Virus record (IMG/VR): IMGVR_UViG_2907202186_000003
Coordinates: 64,001-128,000 of that record
Source of the DNA: a virus
Taxonomy: Duplodnaviria > Caudoviricetes
DNA length: 64,000 nt
Reading direction: 5' to 3' (one strand)
This document shows, one piece after another, positions 35,717-46,419 of the stretch (its first letter is position 1; each line of letters begins with the position of its first letter). Under the pieces are notes generated by a model, which was not told where the DNA came from, ran no database searches, and worked only from the letters and a program-made list of their open reading frames with translations. The position numbers were made by a program, and so were the translations under genes.

Positions 35717-36753
35717 CCAATCATCTCCTTTTGACTAATCATTTCTAACGCTTCTTTCTTCATTTGAATAATGGTTCCTACAGATTGCTGCTTGATGAGT
35801 TGGATCAGTTCTTCTTTACTGAGCAATTCAAACACATCATCATCAAGCCTATCGTCCATTCTTAGACTAATGCTCTGTGAGTAATCCTTCAACTTATGTC
35901 TGTAGTATTTATTTGTAGTGTTGATGTCGCTATGATTCAAATGTTCCTTCACTTCTTCAAGAGACCCATAGCTTGCAGCAACGTTTCGGAAACTGTGAAA
36001 TACAATGTTTCTTTCTTCCGATATGCCCATTTCATTCTTAAGTGAATCCATCATACTTTGTATCGTTGTCTTGCTTAAGTGGAATATCTTATTATCGCTG
36101 TATTTCTCATAATACTTTTGTTCTTTTATTAACAGTAATTCAGAATACAATTCAGAGGATATGGGAACAGTATGTTTCTTACCTCCTTTACCTATAGTAG
36201 TTACTAAATAATGATCTGCTTCTGGATTCTTCTTGATATCTGTCCACCCAAGTTTCAAGAGTGAAGACTTACGAAAACTTGTGGTGTAAGCAAGCCTAAT
36301 GAGAGATGATTTTTCCTGACCCTTGGTTTGTTTCTTAACCAGGTTAGCCATAAGCTCTGCTTCATTAAAAAATAGACTGCCCGCAGATTCAGAATCGTCT
36401 GGGAGAACATCGACTTTCAAGTACTTAGAATTAACTTCATACTCATTTATTTCAAGGAACTCATACAAACTTTGGATAGCAGCCATCATATTATTAATAG
36501 TCGTGTTTGTATAATCTGCTTCATGATTTCTTAAGTAGACCTGGTATTTTACTACATCTGCATTTCGAACATGCAAATCATCTTTCTGAAGCATCTCAAT
36601 TGATTTCTGAGCAAACCACATGAAGAAAGATCTAATGCTTCTTTCATAGTTGCTCTGAGTGTTCTTACTTTCAAATTTGGAAACAAAAGTTCTTATGTCT
36701 TCATATACTGTTCCTGTATGTAATCCTACTATATTGTTTTTAGCTGCATTCAT
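35713..36753 (-). CDS. yopP: Tyrosine recombinase, YopP(SroD)-like
   Basis: Full R-K-HxxR-H-Y set (SFRKS, GKGGK, HSFR, NH, KYY); NT...YER.IR.FF and DYSQ as in YopP. Confidence 0.75.
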   Translation of the reverse strand: MNAAKNNIVGLHTGTVYEDIRTFVSKFESKNTQSNYERSIRSFFMWFAQKSIEMLQKDDLHVRNADVVKYQVYLRNHEADYTNTTINNMMAAIQSLYEFLEINEYEVNSKYLKVDVLPDDSESAGSLFFNEAELMANLVKKQTKGQEKSSLIRLAYTTSFRKSSLLKLGWTDIKKNPEADHYLVTTIGKGGKKHTVPISSELYSELLLIKEQKYYEKYSDNKIFHLSKTTIQSMMDSLKNEMGISEERNIVFHSFRNVAASYGSLEEVKEHLNHSDINTTNKYYRHKLKDYSQSISLRMDDRLDDDVFELLSKEELIQLIKQQSVGTIIQMKKEALEMISQKEMIG

Positions 36754-36833
36754 CTTTGCAACCTCCCTTCGATTAATTACATTTTATCATTATAATGAAA
36801 ACAAAGTCAATAAAATAAAAATATTAATATCGA

Positions 36834-36862
36834 TTGACACACAGTTTATTTGTTGATATATT
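36834..36862 (+). promoter_or_regulatory. sigmaA promoter for the RNAP operon at the strand switch
   Basis: TTGACA-17-TATATT; a divergent TTGACT promoter lies just to the left. Confidence 0.7.
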
Positions 36863-36961
36863 TGATTCACAGAGATAAACATTCTCTGGAATACAGATGG
36901 CAATGTACCTTTTGAATGTTACTCTCTGAATTCAAAATTAGAGAGGATTTATAAATAATTA

Positions 36962-37192
36962 ATGACAAAACACTTTAAAGAAATGCAGGACATGTACTAC
37001 GATGGAGACAAAGACTACTATGATGATAGAGATGTTTCACCAGAAATGAAGCAAGGAACCAAAGATTGTATCAAATACATAGAAGAAGTAATTGATAATG
37101 AAGCTACATGGTTAAAACAAGAAGCACAAAAGAAATATTACCGTGAACCTTATAAATCAGATCCGGAATTTGTGTCTGCTCTTATTAAGTAA
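36962..37192 (+). CDS. Hypothetical protein
   Basis: ORF track; upstream of yonO. Confidence 0.6.
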   Translation: MTKHFKEMQDMYYDGDKDYYDDRDVSPEMKQGTKDCIKYIEEVIDNEATWLKQEAQKKYYREPYKSDPEFVSALIK

Positions 37193-37228
37193 TTATAATA
37201 ATATTAAACAATTAAGGAGGACTTATTA

Positions 37229-39799
37229 TTGACTGAACTTCACAAGCCCGTATACATACCCTCCATTGAAGGTAGTGACATATACAACCATATGTTCAGG
37301 GGTAGAGATTTAGATTTAAAATACATAGGAATGGTTCCATCTAGTCTAGAGTTAAATAAAGTAATTAGCTTAGGATTGAAGACTACAGCAAAAAAAACTA
37401 ATGGAAAGCTATTATCAACTGATATTATTAACGTGAAGTTTAAGCAAAAAGTTGACTCAGGTAAGCAGACAATCAAAAAAATTGAGTCTAAAATAGAAAA
37501 CCTGAAAGATAAGCCCGAGTACCGAGAAAAATTAAACGATTTTGTTCAATCAATATTATTAGAGCTAGATCAACCAAAATGGATCGGTGTTTCTCAGTCA
37601 GACCTCAGAAAGAAGCTTTATAGTGATGGTTTCGTCTTAAACGGAGTAAAATATGTTGTTTATAAACGTTCTAGTGCTAAATCAAGAATTGGTCAGTGTC
37701 TATTTATCAAAGAAAAGCTTTATGAACCGATGATCAAATGGAGTAGAATGGGCATAGATTTCCGGGATGATAATATTGATATCGACTTCCCCTCCTTACT
37801 CGCCTATGAAAGTCTGGTTGGTTCATCTCTAGAGGATACTATACATGTAGATCCAAACAACATTCTGATTATTAGCGACGTTAAAAGTACTTTCAACAGA
37901 ATTTCTAATGTAGTTAGAACAGGTTCAGATGGATATCTTGATAGCTTTCTTGAAGAATCGCTAATATCAAACAGTTTATTTGATGGCGAATCTCTGTTGG
38001 AGTCATCTTACTTTCCAGAAGGAAAGTCAATGATGCTGTTACGTAATCACATGTTTAAGAGTGCTGCCTTTAGCTGTAATATACAACGCTTCTTAAGGAA
38101 TCATTGTCCACTTGGAACCAATTATGACGATTGGGAACTAGAAAGTATGCATTCAGAGAAGATTTTTGCTAAAGATGTTCATTTTATTACTACTCCGAGC
38201 AGCCTTAAAGCGCTAAAATTCAGCCGCCTCAAGGGATCTGAAAAGAACATGTGGGAGTACTGGAAAAAGATCGTAATTAAAGATAAATGTTTGTTCGGCG
38301 TTTGTAAGAGTGAAAAGAAATCTAAGCGCGGATATGACGATATGGGAAGAGTATTACAGCAGACTAGTTACCAAATGATTAATTCACTACCAATGACAAG
38401 AGAAGACATTAAGAATTTTACGTTTCTCGAAAAAGAATACATAAATAGACTTAAAAACGAAGATGGATTTTTCATTTCATACCTAGAACAAACCAAAAAT
38501 GACATGAATACCAATAAGATGTTTGTGGATTTATATAGCACCAATCAAGATATTGTTAAAACAAAACTGTTCAAGAACTTTAGAAAGAAGACCATCTCAT
38601 CTTATGTCACCCATATTAAAAACGGCAAAGTAAGGCTTAATGGCGACTACTGTGTCATGTTGGGCAATCCCATCGAGTTTTTGTATCACGCTATTGGAAA
38701 GTTAGATACGAGTGAACCGCAATGCGTAGATTTAAACGAAAACGAAGTTCACACAACGCTTTTTGAAGAAACTGAACTAAGCGGATTTAGAAATCCGCAT
38801 ACTAGTCCGAATAATGTTTTGTTGGTCAAGAATGTTAAAAGTAAATTTATAGACGAATATTTGAATCTTACAGACAATATTGTCTGTGTGAATGCAATTA
38901 AGTTCCCCTTACAAGACATTCTATCAGGCAGTGACTACGATAGTGATACTGTACTTCTCATTAAGGACGATTGCTTGCTTAAGTTAACAAAGCATGTATT
39001 TGGGAAATACAATGTATGCATCAACAAGGTGTCGAGTAGCAAAAAAAAGTATAAGGTTAACAATGGAGATATGGCTATTATCGATAATGAGTTATCAAAT
39101 AGTCAAAGATACATTGGGCGTACGGTTAATGTTGGACAGCTCTGCATGTCTCGTTATTGGGATATGTTGAATAAAGGGAAGTCTGAAGAGGAAATCATGG
39201 AACTCTTAAAAAAGATTGACGTTGTTACTGTCCTATCAGGTATATGTATCGATCTTGCTAAAAAAATGTTTGATATTGATATCAATAAAGAGATTGATCG
39301 AATATCTAAGACAAAAGAACTGCTCAATAAGAAGCCTCTATTTTGGAAATACGTCAGTCAATCAAATGACATTCAGACGACAATGTATAATTGTCCAATG
39401 GATTTCCTATTCGAAGAAATGGCTCAGTTAAATTATGCAAGTCCTATTGAAGAAGTTCAGTTAATAGATTTACTATTACCCGGGGAGATTAAAAAAAGCA
39501 ACAGACGACAAGAAAATAAGATATTAAGCTACGTAGAAACAATGGTAACTAAAATAAATAATACATATTCAAGCAATTTATCTGAAGAAGAACGCGACAG
39601 GAAGATTGACGATGTAATAAAGTACTATAGATTCTATATTGATAAGATTCAAATTAATGAGTCAACAATGCATTCTCTACTCGTTAAAATTTCAAAAAAC
39701 AAAAAAGACAAGATCGCTTCGAGACTGCTAAATGTCTTGTATTCTTCTCAAAAAGACCTATTTTTAGGTCGTTTTTGCCCAAAAGTTGCACACTTTTAA
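37229..39799 (+). CDS. yonO: YonO-like single-subunit RNA polymerase
   Basis: YKRSSAKSRIG, RNHMFK, FRNPH, catalytic GSDYDSD; 856 aa. Confidence 0.92.
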   Translation: MTELHKPVYIPSIEGSDIYNHMFRGRDLDLKYIGMVPSSLELNKVISLGLKTTAKKTNGKLLSTDIINVKFKQKVDSGKQTIKKIESKIENLKDKPEYREKLNDFVQSILLELDQPKWIGVSQSDLRKKLYSDGFVLNGVKYVVYKRSSAKSRIGQCLFIKEKLYEPMIKWSRMGIDFRDDNIDIDFPSLLAYESLVGSSLEDTIHVDPNNILIISDVKSTFNRISNVVRTGSDGYLDSFLEESLISNSLFDGESLLESSYFPEGKSMMLLRNHMFKSAAFSCNIQRFLRNHCPLGTNYDDWELESMHSEKIFAKDVHFITTPSSLKALKFSRLKGSEKNMWEYWKKIVIKDKCLFGVCKSEKKSKRGYDDMGRVLQQTSYQMINSLPMTREDIKNFTFLEKEYINRLKNEDGFFISYLEQTKNDMNTNKMFVDLYSTNQDIVKTKLFKNFRKKTISSYVTHIKNGKVRLNGDYCVMLGNPIEFLYHAIGKLDTSEPQCVDLNENEVHTTLFEETELSGFRNPHTSPNNVLLVKNVKSKFIDEYLNLTDNIVCVNAIKFPLQDILSGSDYDSDTVLLIKDDCLLKLTKHVFGKYNVCINKVSSSKKKYKVNNGDMAIIDNELSNSQRYIGRTVNVGQLCMSRYWDMLNKGKSEEEIMELLKKIDVVTVLSGICIDLAKKMFDIDINKEIDRISKTKELLNKKPLFWKYVSQSNDIQTTMYNCPMDFLFEEMAQLNYASPIEEVQLIDLLLPGEIKKSNRRQENKILSYVETMVTKINNTYSSNLSEEERDRKIDDVIKYYRFYIDKIQINESTMHSLLVKISKNKKDKIASRLLNVLYSSQKDLFLGRFCPKVAHF

Positions 39800-39927
39800 A
39801 ATGAATATACGTAAAATACCTATATTTAATAAGGATTTTTTGAAGATCTAAAAGGTCTCCATATGATAGGGGTAAAAATCCTCTATTAAAAAACATATAA
39901 ATATAAATTCTAAGGGAGAAATATTAC

Positions 39928-40251
39928 ATGAATAAGCAAGATTTGATTAATAATGTTGCAGACAATACCGATTACGCAAAGAAAGACGTAGAAAATGTAG
40001 TGATTGATGTATTTAATCAGATTGCAGAAGCACTCAAAAATGGCGAGGATGTTAATATTGCTGGATTCGGTAAGTTTGAATCACGTGAAACGAAAGCTCG
40101 AAATGGAATGAATCCAAAACTATTCAAAGAACTTAAAGAACAAGGCGTAGATGAAGTTACCGCTAAACAGCAAGCCGCTGTTGCAATTGCCGCATCTAGA
40201 AAGCCTACCTTCAAGCCAGCAAAAGCACTCAAAGACTCAGTAAAACTATAA
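39928..40251 (+). CDS. hup: HU-family DNA-binding protein (YonN-like)
   Basis: MNKQDLI, GFGKF, R.G.NP, P.FKPAK.LKD. Confidence 0.92.
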   Translation: MNKQDLINNVADNTDYAKKDVENVVIDVFNQIAEALKNGEDVNIAGFGKFESRETKARNGMNPKLFKELKEQGVDEVTAKQQAAVAIAASRKPTFKPAKALKDSVKL

Positions 40252-40361
40252 TTTCATTAAGATATACATAGAAAAATCAATTCCTTTTAAGTGGTGTAGT
40301 CGATTTAGACTATACCTCTTCCCCATTAATAAACATCGAATACTGAAAGGGAGAATCTAAT

Positions 40362-40544
40362 ATGGCTAAAAGTAAAACAACGGAATCATATAAAGGTGTT
40401 TTCGAATACGAAACTATGGAGCTGACTGAAGAAACAAAAGAAGGCGTATTTATTTATGATATTAAGGAAGCATTAAAACGTTTTGACGGTAAGAATTTGT
40501 CATTTCAGCTGGTTGAAGAGAATCCAGTGCAACCAAAGGAGTGA
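40362..40544 (+). CDS. yonK: YonK-family protein
   Basis: S.KG......E.TKE....YD....L..F.GK; synteny. Confidence 0.7.
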   Translation: MAKSKTTESYKGVFEYETMELTEETKEGVFIYDIKEALKRFDGKNLSFQLVEENPVQPKE

Positions 40545-40548
40545 TTAA

Positions 40549-41757
40549 ATGAACAATACTCCGCAAACAAAAAAGAATACTGATGAGAGTATTGAATCAT
40601 ATTTGTATCGTCTTGGTTCAAACAAGGATACATATGGCGTAACCTGGGATGAAATAACTATTCTCATGAACGAAGAATCTGGAGAATCTTTTTCTGAATC
40701 GAAGTGGAGAAAAGACTTCTCATCATTTAAAAGGGGTTATGATTATGCCTCCTCCACTCTATTCGAAGATGAAGTATATAAGAAATTGACAGATAAAGAG
40801 ATAGAAATTCAAAAGAAAACTGTTCAATTTCGTGACCAGCGTAGAGAATACAATAAATTAATTAATGAACAAGGTAAGATCGATGGAATTAGGGGTATTG
40901 TCGTAGAGGCTGCCCACAGACTATCTGAGAATTATCCTCTGTTAGTAACTAATAAACCCAAGAATACATACGATTCAAATAAAGAAGCAGCACTCCTTCT
41001 ATCTGACTGGCATAAAGGATTATTTGCAAACAGTTACTGGAATAAGTTTGATAACAATGAGTTTTACAAAAGAGTTAATAAAGTTGTAAATAGGACAATT
41101 GAAGATGCTAAACGTCATAACGTAAAAACTATTCACGTGTTTTCATTGGGAGACCTAATTAACGGTTGGATTCACACCACAACTCGGATTAATAGCGTTG
41201 AAGATGTAATAACTCAGACAATGGAAGTGTCTGAATCCATGGCGCAAGTATTACATACTCTTTCCAATGAATTTGAATCGGTCAAGTTTTATAACTGTCG
41301 TGGGAATCATGATCGTGTAACTCCAAACAAAAACGATGAAATTGCAAAAGAGAGTTTCGCTGACATTGTACCTTGGTTCCTAAAAGCAAGGCTATCGCAC
41401 TTATCTAATATCGAATTTATTCAAAATACATACGATGACGAAATAATTACAACCGAAATTTGTGGTAAAACTATATTTGCTGTGCATGGTCATAGGGATA
41501 GAGTCGGAAATGTTGTTGAGAATCTTACCTTGATGACAAAACGCATTCCAGATTTTTGCTTTATGGGTCATATTCATCATCATGAAGAGAATGAAGTGCA
41601 TGGCATTGAAATTGTTGTAAACTCAAGTTTGTCTGGTGTGGATGCCTATGCAAAAGAAATAAGAAAAACAAGTAAACCAGCTCAAAAACTAATTATCTTC
41701 GATAACGAAGAAGGCCGATTAGCTACATACAATATCCGCTTAGATGTAAATGTATAG
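40549..41757 (+). CDS. yonJ: Metallophosphoesterase (YonJ-like)
   Basis: SDWH, LGDL, GNHDR, HGH, GHIH. Confidence 0.8.
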   Translation: MNNTPQTKKNTDESIESYLYRLGSNKDTYGVTWDEITILMNEESGESFSESKWRKDFSSFKRGYDYASSTLFEDEVYKKLTDKEIEIQKKTVQFRDQRREYNKLINEQGKIDGIRGIVVEAAHRLSENYPLLVTNKPKNTYDSNKEAALLLSDWHKGLFANSYWNKFDNNEFYKRVNKVVNRTIEDAKRHNVKTIHVFSLGDLINGWIHTTTRINSVEDVITQTMEVSESMAQVLHTLSNEFESVKFYNCRGNHDRVTPNKNDEIAKESFADIVPWFLKARLSHLSNIEFIQNTYDDEIITTEICGKTIFAVHGHRDRVGNVVENLTLMTKRIPDFCFMGHIHHHEENEVHGIEIVVNSSLSGVDAYAKEIRKTSKPAQKLIIFDNEEGRLATYNIRLDVNV

Positions 41758-41769
41758 GAGGCATTAATA

Positions 41770-42120
41770 TTGACAGAGGCAGAGTATCTTCAGGGCGAGC
41801 CAGAAAATGAACCCGATAACGACCTCCCTTCTGCGTTTTTATCTGACGAAGATTTACCTTCAAATACAAACGTAGTTATCATTCCAAGTTATAAACCAAA
41901 TATTGAACTTATTTTAGACAACTATGTTGATCAGGTTATCAAAGTTAAAAATAAAGTTCAGCTCAAAGAAGCTCTCTCGTCAATTTGGAATCACGCCGCG
42001 TATCACGGCGCAATTTCCGAACGCTTGGACAAACTCCAGGATGACGTTGAAATGCTGCAAATCGATCTACTGTCAATGGCTGGTTATGAAATAGAGTTCA
42101 TTGATGGAGATGAAGGTTAA
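41770..42120 (+). CDS. Hypothetical acidic protein
   Basis: ORF track; RBS AGGAGG. Confidence 0.65.
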   Translation: MTEAEYLQGEPENEPDNDLPSAFLSDEDLPSNTNVVIIPSYKPNIELILDNYVDQVIKVKNKVQLKEALSSIWNHAAYHGAISERLDKLQDDVEMLQIDLLSMAGYEIEFIDGDEG

Positions 42121-42276
42121 AAGTAAAATACAAAGAATTCGTCAGACGATTTTAATGATCGTCTTTTTTGTTGTTTGTATTTTTGAAAGGGATTTATCTT
42201 TGCAGATATCTAAAACGGGCCACTCCCTCCTGCCCTTTCACTTTTTTTATTCGGGAGTTTATAGGAAGGTGAAATC

Positions 42277-43176
42277 ATGAAACTTAAACAGCCTGAAAGG
42301 GTCGTTTGCCTTAAGTGTGACAAGGCTAAAGCATTGAATAATTATTATGTTAATACCAATCCCCTCTTCTCATCAGATAAGCTAGCGGTATGCAAAAACT
42401 GTATTGTAGATTATATAGGATTAAAAGATTCACCTGGTTATTTAGACAGAATTAAGCTAGTTCTTGCACTTATGAATAAACCTTTTATTGAAGAAACATT
42501 TGAACGAAGCGAAAGAGATTGGGGTAAGTATATACCTCAGTTGTCGTCTTTACCTAATTACAAAGGTAAAACATTCTCAGATAGTGAACAATACGTTAAC
42601 CAAGTACCTGAGTGCATTGTCTCTACACCCCCAAATTTCACAACCAATGAGGAAACACTGAAAGAATTGATTGATAAATGGGGAGATTATCCCACAGAGG
42701 AAGTTGTCTTATTTGAGAAAAAGTACAAACAACTTAAAGTCAATTATCCTGAAAGAACAGCTATGCATACAGAAGCTTTGCAGATCTATGTACGCTATCG
42801 AGTAAAAGAGGAGTTAGCTACAACGAAGGGTCTCTATAAGGAAGCCGAGGCCTGGGGAAAGCTGGCAAAGGAAGCTGCTACGGCTGCTAAAATAAATCCC
42901 TCACAACTTTCCAAAGCTGATCTTTCAGATGGCTTAGATAGCTTCTCGCAACTAACGCGAAATGTTGAACAGGCCATCGATGTCATTGAGATACTTCCCT
43001 ATTTCAAGGAAAGACCTCAGGATTCCGTAGATTTCACTATTTGGTGCTATGTAAATTACGTTCGTGATCTCAAGGGTCTTCCAGTTGCAGACTATAAAGA
43101 AATTTATTCATTCTACGAACAGAGAAAAAAGGAATATGATAGATTGACTGAAGGTGAAGATGATGACATCTTATAA
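42277..43176 (+). CDS. Zn-finger protein, probable terminase small subunit (YonG-like)
   Basis: CLKC...CKNC; overlaps terL. Confidence 0.6.
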   Translation: MKLKQPERVVCLKCDKAKALNNYYVNTNPLFSSDKLAVCKNCIVDYIGLKDSPGYLDRIKLVLALMNKPFIEETFERSERDWGKYIPQLSSLPNYKGKTFSDSEQYVNQVPECIVSTPPNFTTNEETLKELIDKWGDYPTEEVVLFEKKYKQLKVNYPERTAMHTEALQIYVRYRVKEELATTKGLYKEAEAWGKLAKEAATAAKINPSQLSKADLSDGLDSFSQLTRNVEQAIDVIEILPYFKERPQDSVDFTIWCYVNYVRDLKGLPVADYKEIYSFYEQRKKEYDRLTEGEDDDIL

Positions 43177-44917
43177 TAACTTTCAATCTAATAGCGCTAA
43201 ACATACAAAAAATCGATTAGATGTAAGGAATCCCGATTTTAATAACACAGTTGAAATGAAAACTGAAAATCAGATTGATAATTTCACAAGAAACTTGAGT
43301 AAATATAAAGATTTTGTTAGTTGGTGTAGATGGAATCCAGATCTATGGTATGACTTAATTACTCCAGAAACTGGAGGAATAAGACTTGATTTAGATCAGA
43401 GAGTGTTCTTACGATCAATAGCAAGATTTCTTTCTACTTATGGAGTTTTTCCACGAGGATATGGAAAAACGCTTATTGAAGTAATGGGCATGGTTCATGC
43501 TGCTATTTTTTATCCAGACATTGAGATCTCTATGACTGCTCAAACTCTACAAAATGCAAGCAGTATTTTCGAAGATAAGTGGCGAGAGTTAATAAGGTTT
43601 TACCCATTATTAAAGAATGAAGTTGCGGGCAATCCTTCTTTCTCAAAAGATAGTGCAGAAGTCAATTTTATTTCTGGAGGAAGAATTGATGTTCTTGCTA
43701 ATGCACAAAGCAGCAAGGGGCAGCGACGGAAGAGACTGCAAATCGAAGAATCAGCACTTCTCAATAATGCACTATTTGAAGACTGTCTTGAACCAATACC
43801 CAATGTACCCAGAAGAACCATCGGGAGAGAAGCAGTAATCAATCCTGAGGAATTGAATGGTCAAATCAATTTTTTCACAACTTCGGGTTTTAGAGGTTCA
43901 GATGAATTCGAAAGAAATTTAAGAATGCTCGATGAAATGGCAGAATTGAAGGGTAAAATGGTGATTGGTTCAGATTGGCAGCTCGCAGTTAATTATGGTA
44001 GAGGTGAACCTAAATCAGCACTACTAGATAAAAAAAGCAAGCTCTCTCCTACCTTCTTTGCTATGAATTACGAGAGTAAATGGGTTGGTGCCTCTGATGG
44101 AGCAATAGTAAATATTAATAAGGTCATCGACTTAAGAACATTGTCCTCTCCTGAATTCAAAAGTGATGGAAAATCAGAATATGTAATTTCTGTTGACGTG
44201 GCGAGATCATCTTCTCAAAACAATAACCAAACTTCAATTTCGATATTAAAAATCAAAAGAAGTAAAGATGGAAAAATTCTGAAAATTTATTTGGTAAACT
44301 TAATAAACCTACCAAATGGTCTTAATTTTAGCGCCCAGGCTATTGAAGTAAAAAGATTGAAATTATTATACGATGCGAAAATAGTAGTGGTAGATACCAA
44401 TGGTGTTGGCGTTGGATTAAAGGATGAACTCCTGAAAGATACAGTAGATCCAATTACGGGTGATAATTTGGGATGTTGGAATACAATTAACACCGATGAT
44501 GATCCTGAGTCAAGCGAATCAGAAAAAATATTATATGCTCTTACCTCCCAAGGAATTAACCACGACATAATTGTTAACTTCATAGATATGGTGGAGAGTG
44601 GGAAACTGCAGCTATTAGTTAAAAATACTAATAATAACTACGATATAAATGACAAGGAACATGTTCGAAAAATATATCCTCACACCCAGACAGATCTTTT
44701 ACTTGAGGAAGTAGCAAACTTAAAAATCAAGCAACTTCCCGGTGGTAAGTTCACTGTAGAACAATTAACTAAAAGGGTTGATAAGGATAGATATAGTTCT
44801 TTAAGTATGGGATTATGGTACATAAAAGCCTTTATGGATAAAACAAGAGAAAAAGTGAATCTTAACCCTCATGACTTTTTCTTAATGCGTAAGCCTAACA
44901 TCTATTCAAAGCATTAA
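43154..44917 (+). CDS. terL: Terminase large subunit (YonF-like)
   Basis: PRGYGKT Walker A, IEES Walker B, SVDVA nuclease Asp, KDRYS. Confidence 0.9.
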   Translation: MKMMTSYNNFQSNSAKHTKNRLDVRNPDFNNTVEMKTENQIDNFTRNLSKYKDFVSWCRWNPDLWYDLITPETGGIRLDLDQRVFLRSIARFLSTYGVFPRGYGKTLIEVMGMVHAAIFYPDIEISMTAQTLQNASSIFEDKWRELIRFYPLLKNEVAGNPSFSKDSAEVNFISGGRIDVLANAQSSKGQRRKRLQIEESALLNNALFEDCLEPIPNVPRRTIGREAVINPEELNGQINFFTTSGFRGSDEFERNLRMLDEMAELKGKMVIGSDWQLAVNYGRGEPKSALLDKKSKLSPTFFAMNYESKWVGASDGAIVNINKVIDLRTLSSPEFKSDGKSEYVISVDVARSSSQNNNQTSISILKIKRSKDGKILKIYLVNLINLPNGLNFSAQAIEVKRLKLLYDAKIVVVDTNGVGVGLKDELLKDTVDPITGDNLGCWNTINTDDDPESSESEKILYALTSQGINHDIIVNFIDMVESGKLQLLVKNTNNNYDINDKEHVRKIYPHTQTDLLLEEVANLKIKQLPGGKFTVEQLTKRVDKDRYSSLSMGLWYIKAFMDKTREKVNLNPHDFFLMRKPNIYSKH

Positions 44918-44929
44918 GGAGGTGATAAA

Positions 44930-46405
44930 TTGTCCCAAGAGATTACTGAAAGACAACAAATGTTAGCAACATTCAAGGAAATCGCACTTATTAATCTAAA
45001 TACAGAAAACGCCTCAAGTCGAGTAGTGGGTACATTCAGCAAAGAGGATATAAAAAAATACTTAAAAGATAAATCGAATAGTGAAAATCAAAAAAAACTC
45101 AGAGAAATCAGCAAGCAGCTCTATTATACCTCATCACAATATCGAAGATTAATCAACTACTACGCAACTCTCTATAATCTTGATTACGTCATTGAGGGGT
45201 TTGGATCTAATCCAGAAAAGATAGACCCAGCAAAGTATAAAAATTTATATATCAAGAATGTTGATTACGTAGAACGTATGAACATCAAAAATGAATTTAC
45301 CAAAGCTAGGTTGATTACTTATCGAGACGGAGTATTTTTTGGCTATGCAAGAGTATCTAAAGATGGTTTTTATATACAAGAATTGAATCCTGATTATTGC
45401 CGCTTGTCATTTATAGATGCTACCACAGGCTTGTTGGGATATTCGTTTGATTTCTCAACAATTAACTCAACCAATAAGATAGAATCTTATCCAGATGAGT
45501 TCCAGCGTATTTATAATGATTTACAAAACAAAAAAGGTAATAAGGATAAAATAGTGAGAATAGAATCTCCATTTGCGATTTGTTTAAAAGCTAATTCTGA
45601 CATCTATTCTATCCCTCCCTTTGTTTCATTGTTTGAAGGCCTTCTTGATATAGCAGATTTCAAGGCATTAAATAAAAATAATGAGGAAATCGGCAACTAT
45701 AAACTCCTATTTCAGAAGATACCTATGAGAACGGACAAGGATGCTCAAATAAACTCATTCTTAATTGATAAAGACTTTGCACAAGTCTTTCATGACAATA
45801 TCGAAGAGAACCTTCCTCCGCAAGTTGGTTTGATGACCTCCCCGATGGACATACAGGCGATAAATTTTGATCGCGATTCTATTGATAAAAACAAAGTTGG
45901 ACAAGCAACGAGTCAATATTGGAATGAGGCTGGAGTTTCCGAGTTGCTTTTCAGTTCAAATTCAAACTCAAGCGCAGCATTAAAATCCTCAATCATAGCA
46001 GATGAGTCCGATTCCTCCATTTTAATCAAGGATATTGAGAGATGGATAAATGAACATCTAAAGGCAACTCAAACAGGTGCATATAAGTTTAGGGTTAGAA
46101 TTCTTGAAACAACCAGACATAATAAGGATGCATATTTGGATAGTAGACTAAAGGCGGCTCAGTTTGGTATGCCTGTCAAAAATGAGATTATTGCCGTTAT
46201 GGGGTCTCAACCAAGTTCAATGTATTTGAATACATATCTTGAGAATGAAGTATTAGAATTACCTTTAAAACTCGTACCGTTGCAATCAAGCCATACGACC
46301 TCGGGAGATCCAAATAAGAAAAATGGTGCTCCAACAAAGAATGAGACCGATCTTACAGATAAAGGGTTGCAAACAAAAGATTTAGAAAGCAACTCTGCAG
46401 GGTAA
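44930..46405 (+). CDS. Portal protein (YonE-like)
   Basis: Position after terL; 491 aa; L.PLQSSHT.SG tail. Confidence 0.75.
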   Translation: MSQEITERQQMLATFKEIALINLNTENASSRVVGTFSKEDIKKYLKDKSNSENQKKLREISKQLYYTSSQYRRLINYYATLYNLDYVIEGFGSNPEKIDPAKYKNLYIKNVDYVERMNIKNEFTKARLITYRDGVFFGYARVSKDGFYIQELNPDYCRLSFIDATTGLLGYSFDFSTINSTNKIESYPDEFQRIYNDLQNKKGNKDKIVRIESPFAICLKANSDIYSIPPFVSLFEGLLDIADFKALNKNNEEIGNYKLLFQKIPMRTDKDAQINSFLIDKDFAQVFHDNIEENLPPQVGLMTSPMDIQAINFDRDSIDKNKVGQATSQYWNEAGVSELLFSSNSNSSAALKSSIIADESDSSILIKDIERWINEHLKATQTGAYKFRVRILETTRHNKDAYLDSRLKAAQFGMPVKNEIIAVMGSQPSSMYLNTYLENEVLELPLKLVPLQSSHTTSGDPNKKNGAPTKNETDLTDKGLQTKDLESNSAG

Positions 46406-46419
46406 GGAGGTGAAATTAT

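Noticed and set aside
37229-44917. Inteins or introns in the RNAP or terminase
   Set aside because: Both have normal lengths, and no splice-junction motifs were seen.
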